Shown here one piece after another: positions 35,156-48,286 of a stretch of DNA of 64,000 nt. The notes beneath the pieces were generated by a model. It did no database searches and was not told the DNA's origin. It saw only the letters and a program-made list of their open reading frames with translations. Positions within the stretch are counted from its first letter, which is position 1; each line of letters starts with the position of its first letter. The translations under genes were made by a program, and so were the position numbers. The stretch comes from Cladosporium halotolerans (taxonomy: Eukaryota): contig NW_027191452.1 of the NCBI RefSeq assembly GCF_011745625.1, forward strand, positions 1,054,001-1,118,000. The letters are read 5' to 3'.

Positions 35156-36302
35156 TCATTGGCCGGCTCCGACTGTCAGGTCCTTCGGCGAGAGTGAGGA
35201 GCTCTTGGGTCTCCCGTTCGGATTGTAGGAGTAGCCGTACCGCTGTGTGTTGGTCTGGGGTTTCTGAGGCCAAGGGGATGGCATTTCGGGGACAAAGTCC
35301 CAGGGATTGGTTGCCAGGAGCTCCTCGCAACCCGCAGGGAGCTTCGTCGATAATGGCTCAGTCAAGGCCTGCCATGAGGAAGGCATGGCAGGGTAGCCGA
35401 TAGTTGCCGGAGTAGCATGAGATTCGCCAGGATACCTGTGGCGGTGGTAGCGAGCATCGGGAGTGGCGTACTCGCTCTGAGAGGACAAGGTATCGCTCGA
35501 CAGGTGGCGTGGAAGGGTTGGTGATGCGCCACTGGAGACACATGGTGAGATTCGGTAGTTATTGTTAGGCAAAGACGGGCGTCTCTCGTCGCCAGTCATG
35601 GCCTGAATCGGACTGTCACGTGGCGAAGTGAAAAAAGCTTGATTCATGTCTGGACCTTGAAATGCCGGTGATGTAGTTTGCTGATGGCGAGTTGGTGGTC
35701 TGCTTGGGATGGTGAGAGGGTAGGGTGCTCGTCTGTATTTGTTCGGCGCTTGTGTCATCGTATCTCTATGCAGATCGATGCCCCAATCAGCTAGCTGCTG
35801 CTCCGTCTGCTGTTGAAATGGAGTTGGCGGGTGTGAACCATTGAGGAACATGGAAGGAGCGCTGTGACTGGAGAGATCTCCCTGCCAGCAGGAGGAGACT
35901 GCCTGACTCAGAGCACCCCGAGTAGCTAAATGGCTATTGAGATAAGCCAGAAACCTTCTGTCAAAGTCTGCATCCTGGGCCGGTGGGGCAGCAATGGAGT
36001 TTCGGTAACCTGCCGGGAGAGGAATGATTTCTTCATACATTTCCTCGTTCAGAACGTCTTCTTTGGTGACACGTAATGGTCGGCCGGTGCGTTGCTCGTG
36101 GATTTCCGAAGCACGTCGTGCGGACTCAATCCGTGCATCGAGCGATCGATCGCTGCGTCGAGATGCCGCGATGTACGCTCTACGCCGTGTTAGCAAAGCA
36201 TCTGTGAAAGTGAAAGTGTGCAACTAGCCTCTCTTTGTTCTCACTCCCGGACCTTTCGGTCTTGGTTGGCTTTTCAATCGACCCTTTCCTTGTGGGAGGC
36301 AT
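35156..36302 (-). CDS. Conserved fungal protein of unknown function (ERAYIAASRRSDRS family)
   Basis: Exon 1 MPPTRKGSIEKPTKTERSGSENKER joins AYIAASRRSDRSLDARIESARRASEIH..EEMYEE in frame via intron 36180-36228. Confidence 0.75.
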
Positions 36303-39300
36303 CGATGCGGTGTTGCTCGGTCGAGGTAGGCGAGCGAATGCACAGGTTGTCAAGATGTGATCTCCCGGATGATGGGTGACCTGTGCAGCGGGTTGATGAG
36401 ATCAGCTTGTTCAAGAGGAACATCAGAATGGAGGGGGAGCCGAAGTGTATAAGACATTCTACCTGCAAGCGCGGTGCCCCACCGCAAGCTGGAGCCAGAA
36501 CAACGCCATGGAAAGCACGTATGCCAGGGTGATTTCCAGCCCTGGCAAAGACTAGTATTAGCACAAAGCCAGAGATTTGCATTGATGGCTGGAGAAACGC
36601 TAACGCGCCCACGCCGTGTTCAACAGCGTGCAACGGAGTTCCCTCCCGCTGGGGCGGCCGCCTGAGTTTGTCACCCACGGGAACGCAGCTCAACACCCTT
36701 GCAGCTTCGGCATCATCTCCACGAGATCAGATCGTTTTTTGCGGGCAATCGACGGGAGTCTTCAGGAGCTTAGATCGCTATCGGAGCCGCGCCCCTGCGC
36801 ATTTTGAAGGCAAGATCAGATGCAAGCGCAAGCTGCACAAGGAAGACCGGCCAGGTGGTGAGACTCAACTTGAACGTGCCAGAGACATCGACGCCCGTTG
36901 CAACGAACGGTGGTACCAAACCATAGCGCGCAGCTATGGAGATAAGGTGCGGCATCCCGGGTCCTGTCGCCGCTGGCGTTGCCAAGGTTCAGATACAAGA
37001 TCCGATTCGATCTAGAAAGAATCGGAACATGCTCCGTCAGACTGGCGGGGCACTGCAGGCTGTTTTTTTAGCCGCATACGATGAAGACGAGGTGAGTTCG
37101 TGTTGACATGCTCTGCCGTCATCCTCGCTCCACGGCAGTAGGCGGCCAAAGTAGCAGAGAAACGGCGGCAGTCCTACCCGGTGCACACGTCCCTGCTCGC
37201 GCATTGGCCGCGCAGTCTGCTCGTCCTGGGCAGCGGGCGGGCTCTCGAGCGAGCGAACGGCTGGCGGACAGCGGCGAGCGGACGTGAAGGAGTGAGAGAC
37301 GCTTTGTCGATCCAGCCTGGGCGCGCATTGCAAGGCACCGGGAGAGGGGCAGAGGGTGAGAGATTACAGCGGTGGTTCGGCGGTGGAGTTTCGCGACATA
37401 TCGCTTGGCCCAGATGGCAAGACGGCACGCCATGCGGCCGGTCTGCGTGTCTGCTTCACAACCCGCGCGCTGTTACACGGATCTCACGGGGCTTTCTCTT
37501 CGGCGCCCCTGTCCATCCACGTGTCCAGCATCCCCGTCGCTTCGACATAGCGCGCAGGAACGCGGAAGATGGCATGGTTGTAGGGGTGTGCCCGTGTGTG
37601 TGAGTATCGCTGCCGGGAGTGGAGCGCTCTGGGTGGCAGGGTGCCTGCCGGGCTGCCTGAGCTCGTCCCGGGCGCTGGCATGGGAACCGGCACGCGTAGG
37701 TAGTCGTATTCGAACAGGAGCCCAGCAACCGAACCCAGCCCGCCACCCTCGCAACTGCAAGTAGCGGCCAGCGTGGGCCACTGAGTGCAGCAAGAGGGCG
37801 ACGGGCACCAGGGCAGGCTTCGTCGTCCGCCTCGCGCCAGGCCAGTCGGCCGCACGCCCGCCGCCTCCCGACACCCGTTGCCCGCGCGTCCCAGACTCTG
37901 AAGACACGCACGACAGCTGGAGGGCTTCGGCCAGGCGCGGCGCCGGCAGGAGAGGGCGCGGGGCTGTGGCGGGCGGGCGGCGTGGCACGCCTCAGGCACT
38001 CGCAGTCCGTCGGGCGCTCCTCATGCGTGCGCCAAAGACGCCAGGCACCAGCTCCTCAGGCAGCCGTGGCAGGCTGAGGCCCGCGATGCACGGTAGTAGT
38101 CTCCCTCGCGGCGAGCCCTCGTTGCTGTGTCCGCGGCGGATCGTCTCTTAGCTTGGTCGCCTTGCAAGCTGCGCACGCCCACTTCGGCAGGAGGCAGGTG
38201 GCAGGTACCAACAGCAAGGCGCGATGCAGCGGACCTGGGTCCGCCGACGATAAGCTCGGGCGGCTCGGGCAGGGCGCCGGTGGGGTGGCGTGGGTGGGCG
38301 TCCGCGCGAGTCGCTGCATGAGCGGACTGCGCTCCGCGTCCGACGGACCTGAGGCCGGAGTCGGGCACGGCGATCGATGCTGCGGGCTGCGGCATTGCCG
38401 CCAACCGCCGTCCGATCGCATCGCCGGCGCCCTGCACACGCAGAGCGTGGAGCATGTGCCTGCGAGGACGTCTGTGTACCGCGCCCCGCGTAGGGCCTGG
38501 CTTCTGCTGTGCCCAGGAGGCGCACACGCGCATTGTGGTAATGCTTGCGTGAGACTACTGATGCCGGGCGGACGCTCGCCTCTTTGCCTCGAACGGCATC
38601 GCTCTGTTTTTCTGCCGAGGGCATATGCCAGCCTGCGGCATAACGTCGCCCGCCAGTGTGCCACTGAGCCTCCCGCGCCGCGAACGCCTCGCTCTTTGCC
38701 TGGACCTTTGGCCCAGGCCCAGCGGCATCACTGTCGCCCAGGCTCATGCAGTCGTGAGCCTGGCCTGGCCCACGGGGGATGACCGTGTGCCGTCCGCCTC
38801 CCGTGCACAGCAGTTGTGCGAGTGGCTCGCACCGCCCAACCCAATTGCTGCAGGGTGCAAAGTAGGGACCAAACATATGGACAGGGCGGCTTTGAGGCTC
38901 TGACTCGGGTGGCGCGTGAGTGTCGTCACTCCCGACCTTATCACTGGTGGCAGTCGCGCAAAACGTCTCCCGGCAGACACCAAATCCAAATCCATGCATG
39001 CCCCGGCTCGAACTCTGACTTCCCAAGTCGCCTGTGCCCCCGCGGCCCCGGCCAGTCAGCCCGCTGCTTGCTCTCGCCCTGGGCCTGCGTGCACCTACAT
39101 GCTCGATTACTGCCGCACCGTCGCGCGCCCCACCTTATAATCAGCCCCAGCGCGCTGCAGCACCTTTTCGTGGCTCCAAGCAACCCTCGCCGTCTCCTCC
39201 AGTGACCTGAGAGTGACCCCTGATACACCAGCCCAGCCAGCCCGGTCGCGGCGTAAGTCGAGCTCCAACTCTAAAGATCGCCTGCTGGCCCGAAGCGCAC

Positions 39301-39341
39301 CTCTTCCCTGACATGGCCACCGGATCTCCCCAACAATCAAG

Positions 39342-40190
39342 ATGATGCACCAGTTCTCCGGTGCTTCTTTTGCGGGCAGCAACAACGTTACGCCCTCTCA
39401 GCGTCAAGGCTCAGACCCCAGCGCCTCCTTCGGAATGGACGGTCGGCCCGAGAGCAGCAGCGAAGCGCACTCGAGCCGGGGAGACCACAGCAATCCGCAA
39501 GACTCTTCCCAGGGTGGGAAGAAGAAGCGGCGGGTCGAGACCAAGTGTCTCCAGTGCCAGCACCGCAAAGTTGAGTGTTCGGGCACGCGGCCTGCCTGTG
39601 ATGTCTGCAAGGAGCGAAATCTGAAGTGTGCCTGGACCGGACCAATCGGGCAAAAAGCGCTGCTGCAGGTGAGAAGCGCCTGCAAGCAATGCCACCACAG
39701 GAAGGCCAAGTGCTCAGGTGAGCGACCGACCTGCCGGAGCTGCCGCGAGCGCCACCAGACGTGCGAGTGGAACGTCGAAGAAGGCGTGACCCGGATGGAG
39801 GACCTGAAGCGAAAGCTCAAGGAGGCGACCGAGCAGCCGCAAGACCTCAACCGGCTGATAGAAGCGATGCGCAGTGGCTCAGACAACGAGTCTAGCATGC
39901 TGCTGGCGCGCTTGCGCGTCGGCCATTCGATCGATGATATTGTCAGCTCATTACCGATGGACTCGACACCATCTAGCGGAGACGAAAGGCGACCTTCCAC
40001 GACTGACGGTACGATATCAGCCAAGAGTTCTTTCAGCGGTAAAAGCTCGCTAAGTGGTAGGTCCAAAATCCGAGAAATGCGATGCCGTACAGTATTGACC
40101 GACGCGCCATGTGACACAGGCTTTCCCGCGGATACAGCCTCCAAGAATGACTCTCCTTTGGAACACCCTTTTTACAGATTTCAGTCTTGA
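39342..40190 (+). CDS. Transcription factor with two tandem Zn(II)2Cys6 clusters
   Basis: CLQCQHRKVECSGTRPACDVCKERNLKC and CKQCHHRKAKCSGERPTCRSCRERHQTC. The 3' exon structure is uncertain. Confidence 0.85.
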   Translation: MMHQFSGASFAGSNNVTPSQRQGSDPSASFGMDGRPESSSEAHSSRGDHSNPQDSSQGGKKKRRVETKCLQCQHRKVECSGTRPACDVCKERNLKCAWTGPIGQKALLQVRSACKQCHHRKAKCSGERPTCRSCRERHQTCEWNVEEGVTRMEDLKRKLKEATEQPQDLNRLIEAMRSGSDNESSMLLARLRVGHSIDDIVSSLPMDSTPSSGDERRPSTTDGTISAKSSFSGKSSLSGRSKIREMRCRTVLTDAPCDTGFPADTASKNDSPLEHPFYRFQS

Positions 40191-40460
40191 ATCGATCCTC
40201 AAACAGCCGCCACGCAGCATGGATCTCAAATGGGAGGCTTCGGATCGTGTCAGCTGAGCACAACTTATAAACGGCAGACCTGATCTCGATGCACATTTTT
40301 TCAGGACAGTATACGAGAGAGCCTGAAGTTTGGATCGGTTATAATCGAACGCAACGCAAGTTTTGAGACTGGCAAACCGCTGCGACTTTCAAACTGCGCC
40401 CCGGGGATGACGACCACCGGAGACAAGTCCGTCATGGGACCGAAAGCAAGTCTGCGCGCT

Positions 40461-41845
40461 TCAAACCCCCACCTCTTGCTGCACCCTCTCGATGGCCGGC
40501 CAGGGATACTCCGGCATGGATAATTTGGCTTCGGAAAATCCCAACATTGCGCTCGCACGCATTGCGAGTTCCAGAAATCCACTCCCGACCACGAGTCTGA
40601 ACAGCACGTCTCGGATGGCTACTCCCCAGGCTGATTGAGGGTTGAGCAGCAGCATCGGCAGCTTTGACTCTTGGCTTTGCTGCTTCTTGACATACGGCAG
40701 CCAGAGATCCTCGTACCGCTTAGTGGCCGCTGTGAAGTCTGCACCGTTCAGCAACATCTCACCGGCCAAGACGTATGCTCCCGTGATCGCGAGGCTCGTT
40801 CCAAGACCCGGGAGAGCGTGCCCGGCGTCGCCGAGCAAAACAACCCTGCCGTCTTGCAGCTTTGGCGACCTCGTCTGCGCGAACGTTGAGCAGTAGAAGT
40901 CGTCGCTCTCGCACATTGCCCGCAGGATCTCGGGAGTAAGCCAGCCGACGTCCGCGAACATCTCCTCCATGAGCTGCTTGTACGCCTCACTCCCAGAGCG
41001 GAGAGCGTCGGCAAGACGGGCCCTGTTGTTGGTGTCGCTCGGCCAAACAGTCTTCATCAGCATCGCTCTGGTGCGTCCAGCAGGGTCCGGATCGGGACGC
41101 AGAATTGCGGTCCGCCCACTTGTCGTGCTGTAGCCTTTGGCCAGCAAGCCGCCGTTGAGAAGATCGTGTTTGATGGTGAAGAAGGCGACGTGCTCTGTTC
41201 CGCCGTGGATGTGCTCGGACGGTTTGGCGCCGAGCATTTTGCCGCGGGTCTTCGAGTACAAGCCATCCGCGCCGACGAGCAGATCATACGACTCGACCTT
41301 TTTGCTCTTCGCGAAGGTCACGGTGACTTTGTCGCTGTGCTGCTCGTAGTTTTCGACTGTCTCGTCGAAAACAAGATTCACCTTGTCCAGAATTGGCCGC
41401 AGGAAGATGTCCGCAAGGTCGCCCCGGAAGATCTCGTGTTCAGACGTTATGCTCTGGACGTCAGTCCGACCAGTCGCTCTGATAGTGGCGATGTCAGTGC
41501 CGTCGCTGCGAACTAGTTGCATTCCGGCTTCGTGCGTGCTGCGGTCTCGCACCGCCTGCTCGACGCCAGCCCATTTGATGATGTCGACGGCGTTGGAGCG
41601 GATGTCTACCGGGGCCGTATCAGCATGCTTGTGGCCTCTCGACCAATCAATCAATGATTGACGCTTGCGCCTCCCAATAGCGGTCGGCAACGAGGCGACT
41701 CACCCACGCTCGCTCCTGTCAGCCGGAGTCCTGGAGCTCGCTCCACGATTGTGATGTTGGCTTTCAGATAGGCTCTGAGAAGGCAGAAGGCAAAGACGCT
41801 TCCAGCGATCCCAGAGCCGGATATGAGGACCTTAGGGGCGGACAT
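40461..41845 (-). CDS. FAD-dependent monooxygenase/oxidoreductase
   Basis: ISGSGIAG, LVGADG, VLLGDAGH; one intron near 41610-41703. Confidence 0.9.
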
Positions 41846-42481
41846 GGAGTCGTGGAAGTAGTGTGGCGGTTTTGGAGCGTGGGCGCGGCAAGAAAACGCT
41901 TCCAGCTCGGCAGCGACAGATTCGCGACATTTTGGAGCACGGGGTGCGTACCGTGGCCTTATATGCCGTGTGGGAGATGGTGCGTGTACGCGATTGCGAG
42001 CGGCGTGTCTGTATTCCTCCCTCGCGATTTTGGCTCGATGCAGCTGGGCTCGGCCGAGGCTGCGCTTCTGATTGGCTGGCGTCTCGGGTTTGCGAGACCC
42101 GGCTACCGAGAGACGCTACCCTAGAAGTGCGCAGGCAGGCCTCATCGCCAGGTGTGGGCTACACATTCGCTGGCGGGTGAGAAACCATTCGCAGTCGATG
42201 ACACTTTGTGCCCAGTACGTTGCGATGGCACACAATTGAATGATCTGGAGGCAAGGGAAAGTGATGAGACGGCGTGGCCTCACAACTACCATACCAGAAC
42301 AGCAGGGAGAAAGACATGAAGTATAATGATAATTTGGGCATTTCGAGCCCAGTTTTGACGATATAATCAATAAGATCGACGAACTCCCGCAGATATAACA
42401 TAGTTTATCTTGTCAAGCAAAACACCACGTCCGCAGCGTAGGCCCCAGGTATCATCTGTTATCAAACCGGTCAAGCTTGCG

Positions 42482-43353
42482 TTAAAGCACGTTGTCCACC
42501 TCCTCCATCTGCCCAGGCTCGACCACCACACTCTCAATGACCTGCAGCGTAGCCCTTAAAGGCAAGCCGACCACATTGTCAAACGTGCCATCAATCTTCT
42601 CGACAAGAATGCTCCCCACGCCCTGGATGCCATACCCACCCGCCTTGTCCGCGCCCTCCCTCGTCTTGACATACGACACGATCAGCTCGTCCGTCACGCT
42701 CTGGTCGAACTTGACCGCCGTCTCTTCGACGTGGTGCTCGAGCGCGTAGCCCGGGTCGACCGCGCTCTCCAGCGGCGCCATCGCCACCACCGCCGTGTAC
42801 ACCTTGTGCCAGCCGTTGTTGCCGTCGCGCAGCATCTTCAGCGTCGCGATGTGCTCGCGCTCGTTGCGCGGCTTCTCCAGGATCTGGCCCAGGTGCGTGC
42901 AGATCACCGTGTCGGCCGCGAGGACGAGAGCGGGCTCGCCTTCGGGCGAGTCGATGGTCGCGGCGTAGACATTCTGGGCTTTAGTGGTGGCGGTCGCGAG
43001 CACGTATTCGAAGGGCGGGAGCGAGTGGGATTGGTCTTCGGGGGCGGTGGAGGGGATGATTTCGAGGTCGGTGAGGCCGATCTGGCGGGGGGTTAGTCTG
43101 GAGGCTTTGGGAGCGGCGGTGGGCGATGGGGATGTCGCATGGAGCGCGACAGGCAGGGACAGCGTACCTGTGCAAGCAGTTGCTTTCTTCGCGGCGAAGC
43201 AGATGCGAGAATCACGCGCTTGCCGCGAATCATGTTAAGAGCGGGCAGATCCAGAGGGAACGGCGGGCGAGGGCCCCGCGATCCAGCGCCATTGGCTTTC
43301 TCTACAGGAGCCTGTGGCTCGTCGGTGTATGGAGGAGGGTTATCGTCGGCCAT
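42482..43353 (-). CDS. Maf-family nucleoside triphosphate pyrophosphatase
   Basis: ILASASPRR, LAADT, ILEKP, DKAGGYGIQG, NVVGLP; one intron. Confidence 0.92.
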
Positions 43354-44271
43354 GGTGGCGTGCTTTGGCAGGGACCTGGATTACGAAGGGGTGAAGGTGG
43401 GATGTAGGGTTGATGCTGCTTGATCAACCCGCACCGCGGAGCCCGCTGCAGGGCAAGGTATGACGGAATTGCCATCCAGGGTCACGGCGAGTTGCATTTC
43501 CTCTGTTCGTGATGAGCCAGCCTTGCAGGGAGTATTGGCAACGTGCGAGTCGGTACCATGCATCTGGCTGGCCCTGCCGCTTTCGCATGTCGCCTGTGTC
43601 AAGAGTTCCCCGTACACTTGCGTGGCATCAGGTGGGTTGAGGTGGAGTTGTTGCTGGCATGTTCATGTAGCCGGCTTGCTCGGAGATCGCACCCTTTCTG
43701 CGCCTACACTTCGGCTTGCCGCCTTACACGGAGGGCATTACCTGGACGGTCGTCAGGCCCGCGGTGTAGTAATGCAGTCGTCGCCCGCACAAAAGCATTG
43801 CAAGAACAAACTTTCATCTGACAAAGCAATGCGCTCTGCACAACTGCTGCACACGCGCGGTGTGGCCGTGCTCGCACCCAAATTTGCTGCATACGGCCGT
43901 TGCTCGGAGGCGCAGGGACTGGCAGGCTGCTTCCGCGCGTGAATCGGCCGAGGCTCAACTGACGTTTTTGCTGTGTTTGGATGACATCGCCGGACCCTCC
44001 ACTGCTGTGGAAGAACATCGCCCTTCTAGCGTCTGCTGCCCGCCGCCCATCGCCTCCCACGCTCGTGCATTGCCCCGTACACCGCGAAACACGCTGTCGA
44101 GGCCCATTTCTAAGCATTGCCCGGTCCACTGCCGAGGCATCGTCCATTGAGTCCCTTGAGTATTATATCAGTCCACCGTTTCCTTCCTTTCCCTCCGCAC
44201 ACTTCTTCACATCCCACTTTGACCTCACTTTCCCTCTCCACCCCTCACTTCACAACCCCACTACCGCCATC

Positions 44272-45327
44272 ATGGTGCAGAACAAGACTCTCACATACCT
44301 CGCCCACCCCAGCGAGAAGATCGTGCCCGGCGAGCACATTGGCATCAAGGACAACTCCTTCGACCCCGAGCAGGCCCCTCCCGCCGGCGGTATCACCATC
44401 AAAATTCACTATGTCTCCTTCGACCCCTACCAGCGCGGCCGCATGCGCCCTAGCCACATCAAGTCCTACACGCCCGCCTTCGAGCTGAACAGCGCCATCA
44501 CCAACGGCGGCATCGCCACCGTCCTCAAGAGCGACAACCCCAAGTTCAAGGCCGGTGACCAGATCGTCAGCCTTTTCCAGACCCCTACCGCCGAGTACGC
44601 CGCTCTGCCCAAGGAGGTCGCCGAGAGCGCGAACGTCCTCAACAACCCCTACAACCTCGACATCAAGTACTTCCTCGGTCCCCTCGGCATGCCCGGCCTG
44701 ACCGCCTACTCCTCCTTCTACGACATCGGCGCGCCCAAGAAGGGCGAGACCATCTTCATCTCGTCCGCCGCCGGCCCCGTCGGCCAGCTCGTTGGCCAGC
44801 TGGCCAAGCACGAGGGCCTGACCGTCATCGGCTCCGTCGGCGACGACGCTAAGCTCGAGTTCATCACCAAGGACCTGAAGTTCGACTCCGGCTTCAACTA
44901 CAAGAAGGAGAAGCCGCTGGACGCGCTCAAGCGCCTGGCGCCCAACGGCGTCGACATCTACTACGAGAACGTCGGCGGCGAGCAGCTCGAGGCCGCCATC
45001 ACCTGCATGAACGACTTCGGCCGCATCGTCGCCTGCGGCATGATCTCGCAGTACAACCTGCGCCCGGAGAACCAGTACCCGATCCGCAACCTCATGCAGG
45101 TCGTCGCCAAGCGCCTGACCATGCGCGGCTTCATCGTCGGCGACGCCAACATGGGTCCCCGCTACGCCGTCGAGCACCAGCAGAAGGTCCAGAAGTGGCT
45201 CAGCGAGGGCACCTTCAAGGCCGCCATGGACGTCACTGAGGGCATCGACAACGCTGGCCAGGGTCTTGTCGGTCTGTTCGAGGGCAAGAACTTCGGCAAG
45301 GCCGTTCTTGAGGTCAGCAAGTTGTAA
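44272..45327 (+). CDS. NADP-dependent zinc-independent MDR oxidoreductase (PTGR1/CurA-like)
   Basis: SFDPYQRGRM, LGMPGLTAY, SSAAGPVG, YYENVGG, CGMISQYN, GKNFGKA. Confidence 0.92.
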   Translation: MVQNKTLTYLAHPSEKIVPGEHIGIKDNSFDPEQAPPAGGITIKIHYVSFDPYQRGRMRPSHIKSYTPAFELNSAITNGGIATVLKSDNPKFKAGDQIVSLFQTPTAEYAALPKEVAESANVLNNPYNLDIKYFLGPLGMPGLTAYSSFYDIGAPKKGETIFISSAAGPVGQLVGQLAKHEGLTVIGSVGDDAKLEFITKDLKFDSGFNYKKEKPLDALKRLAPNGVDIYYENVGGEQLEAAITCMNDFGRIVACGMISQYNLRPENQYPIRNLMQVVAKRLTMRGFIVGDANMGPRYAVEHQQKVQKWLSEGTFKAAMDVTEGIDNAGQGLVGLFEGKNFGKAVLEVSKL

Positions 45328-45643
45328 ATGATCGGAAACAGGAAAACAATCCCTGATCGTGGCACTGAATCCCGCAGGGTGATTATAAAGGCATGATTTA
45401 TGTAAATACTTATAACGTAATGCAACGTTCAAGTTTCGTTCGACATTTACACTCTCTAGCATCTATTAGTTCTCATGAATAAGTTCTCGACCTCAATTCG
45501 TGCCGTAATACAGGTTATCGACAGTACTCAAACTACCCAATCAAATATACTGCCTCTCTGAAAATGAGAAACAGGTAGTCGGTCCTTGGGGTTGCGCGTA
45601 TTGAAGATCATGATGAGGGAATGATATCTTGTGGAAGATAATT

Positions 45644-48286
45644 CTAAAAGAGGAAATACGCTTGACTCAATGGCAGGGAACTCGACGGTTCCGCCTCGCA
45701 AACCATGCCATCGGCCTCGACAGTCTATAAGCTTTGTCAGCTTTACATCCCAAAAAGAAGTTCTCTGAGGGTAGAAAAGGGAACTCACGTATCTCTCCGG
45801 GTCGACCTTCATCTTCGGCCTCGCATCATTCCACTTCATATCACTTTTCCTCACACTCCTGCACCCCTTGACCGGCTCGACGCGCTTCTTCAGCCCATAC
45901 TCCTTGACCGCACCCTCAGCACCCGCCTTCGAAACCCAAGCAATCGACAGCGCAGGCTGGAAAGCGCCGAACATCGGCCTCATGATCGTTGGCTCCACGG
46001 TGGGGATGCTGGCGTTGGGGTCGCCCATCTGCGCCCAAGCGACCATGCCGCCCTTGACGACCTGCGTGGGCTTCGCGCCGAAGTTGCGCGGGTTCCACAC
46101 CACGAGGTCCGCGAGCTTGCCGACTTCGATCGAGCCGATGAGGTGCGCCATGCCCTGCGCGAGAGCCGGGTTGATGGTGTACTTGCTAATGTAGCGCTTG
46201 ACGCGGAAGTTGTCGGCGTTCGTGCCGGCGTCTTCTGGGAGGGGGCCGCGCTGGACTTTGTTCTTGTGTGCCGTGTGCCAGGTGCGCAGGATCACTTCGC
46301 CGCAGCGGCCCATGGCTTGCGAGTCGGAGGACATCATGCTGATGGCGCCGAGGTCGTGCAGTACGTCTTCTGCGGCGATGGTTTCGGCGCGGATACGGGA
46401 CTCGGCAAAGGCGACGTCTTCGGGAATGTTACGGGAAAGATGATGGCAGACCATGAGCATGTCAAGGTGTTCGTCGAGTGTATTGCCAGTGAAAGGACGG
46501 GTGGGGTTAGTGGACGAAGGAAGGACGTTGTCGTGCTCGACGACGGAGATAATATCAGGAGCGTGGCCACCACCAGCGCCTTCGGTATGGTAAGTGTGAA
46601 TGGTGCGATCTTTGAAGGCGCCGACGGTTGTCTCGACGAAGCCGCTCTCGTTCAGGGTGTCGGTGTGGATCAGCACTTGAACATCGTGCTCATCGCAGAC
46701 GGTCAGGCAGTTGTCGATAGCGGCCGGGGTAGAGCCCCAATCTTCGTGCAGCTTCAGTCCACAAACACCGGCTTCGACTTGCTCACGCAGGGGACCGGGC
46801 TCAGAATCATTTCCTTTTCCAGTAATGCCGTAGTTGAGCGGGAAGCCGTCGGATGCCTGCAGCATCTGTTTGATCAATGTGGCGCTAGGAGTGCATGTAG
46901 TTGCATTCGAGCCGGTGCTTGGTCCAGTGCCGCCTCCCAGGAACGAAGTGATACCCGACGCAATCGCATCATGTGCCTGCTGGGGACAGATCAAGTGGAT
47001 GTGCGTATCAAATCCACCGGCAGTAACGATATCGTGCTCAGCAGCGATCACATCCGTGTTGCTGCCCACCACCATGTCAGGATGCACGCCTTCCATGATG
47101 TCCGGATTGCCAGCCTTGCCAATGCCGCAGATAAGACCGTTCTTGATACCAATGTCCGCCTTGTAGATTCCAGTCCAGTCGACGATCAAGGCGTTCGTCA
47201 CGACCACGTCGAGGCAATCTTTATCAGGCCAGCCAGTAGCCTGGCCCATGCCGTCTCTGATCGTCTTGCCGCCACCGAAGGTGCACTCATCACCGTACGT
47301 AGTGAAGTCCTTCTCAATCTCAATCCAGAGATCAGTAGCTCCCAATCTGACACGGTCGCCGACCGTCGGTCCATAGATGGCGACGTAGTCTGCCCTCGAC
47401 ATCGTATAAGGTTCCAAGATCTGATCCGCGGCCGGTTCCGCAACATGTAAAAAGCCTCCTTCTTGCATCCGCTCAAGCATCCTTGCAGCAACAGACTCGT
47501 CGTGAACGTGGCCAGTAGCCAACCCGTTTCCACCTTTGATGAGCTGGTTTCCTGCAATCTGCACTAGAGTCACAGTCTTCGAATCACCCGGCTCAAATCT
47601 GACACTCGTGCCTCCGGCAATATCCAGCTTGTATCCACGCGCTCTCACACGATCGAACTGCAGCAGCGGGTTCACTTCCACGAAGTGATAGTGGCTTCCT
47701 ACCTGGATTGGCCTGTCGCCTTTCGACGTGACCTTCAGACTTATCCTCTTCCGACCTTCGCTCAGCACGATCTTTCCCTTGTCACCTTTCACGACCACGA
47801 CAGCACCCGGCTGGCGCTCCGGCTCATACACGCTCATGTCCTGTAGCGGCCATGGGAATTTGTCTTCGCTCGGCAGCGGCAGGAAGCTGCCGTACAGCGC
47901 TCGCTCCAAATTGCCGTCATCTCCAGCGATAGGGTTGTGTACTGTCACGAGGTACGTTCCATTGACGAAGTTGCCCTCGACCTGCAGCTCGGTCAGGGAC
48001 GAAGGGACGCTAGGCAGAACGTGTCGTCGGCCAAGCAGCGTCGTGCCAAGCGACATGAGGTCGGCGACGGTGTGGTCGCCATCGCGGATCAGTTCGTGGA
48101 GGACGCTGGCGATCAGGGCGAGAGCTTCGGTGTGGTTGAGGCGGACGCCGCGGGCGAGGCGGCGCTGAGCGAGCTGCCCGGTTTGGGTGATGAGGAGCTT
48201 GTCAATCTAGAGACACCATGTCAACGCTAGAAGCAGCAGCCGTGAGAGAAGGATTGCCTATTCACCTCCTTGGGTGCGAGCTGCAT
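45644..48286 (-). CDS. URE1: Urease (fused gamma-beta-alpha chain)
   Basis: Exon 1 [67 protein letters not shown]; short terminal exon ending ...AYFLF*. Confidence 0.97.

Noticed and set aside
37037..39228. Dense overlapping ORFs of up to 292 aa
   Set aside because: Arg/Ala/Pro-rich translations typical of GC-rich non-coding DNA.
42176..42330. TGATGA-containing segment as a C/D snoRNA
   Set aside because: No properly placed CTGA D box or terminal stem.
42482..43353. Maf NTP pyrophosphatase as part of the viperin system
   Set aside because: It lies about 16 kb away, is separated by unrelated genes, and looks like the ordinary housekeeping orthologue.
43981..44271. Upstream extension of the MDR oxidoreductase
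   Set aside because: Pyrimidine-rich UTR-like sequence; the family N-terminus begins at MVQNK (44272).
44245..47450. Long antisense ORFs opposite the oxidoreductase and urease (similar ones occur at 8862, 11833, 14205 and 18295)
   Set aside because: These are expected shadows of strong GC3 codon bias and show no protein motifs.
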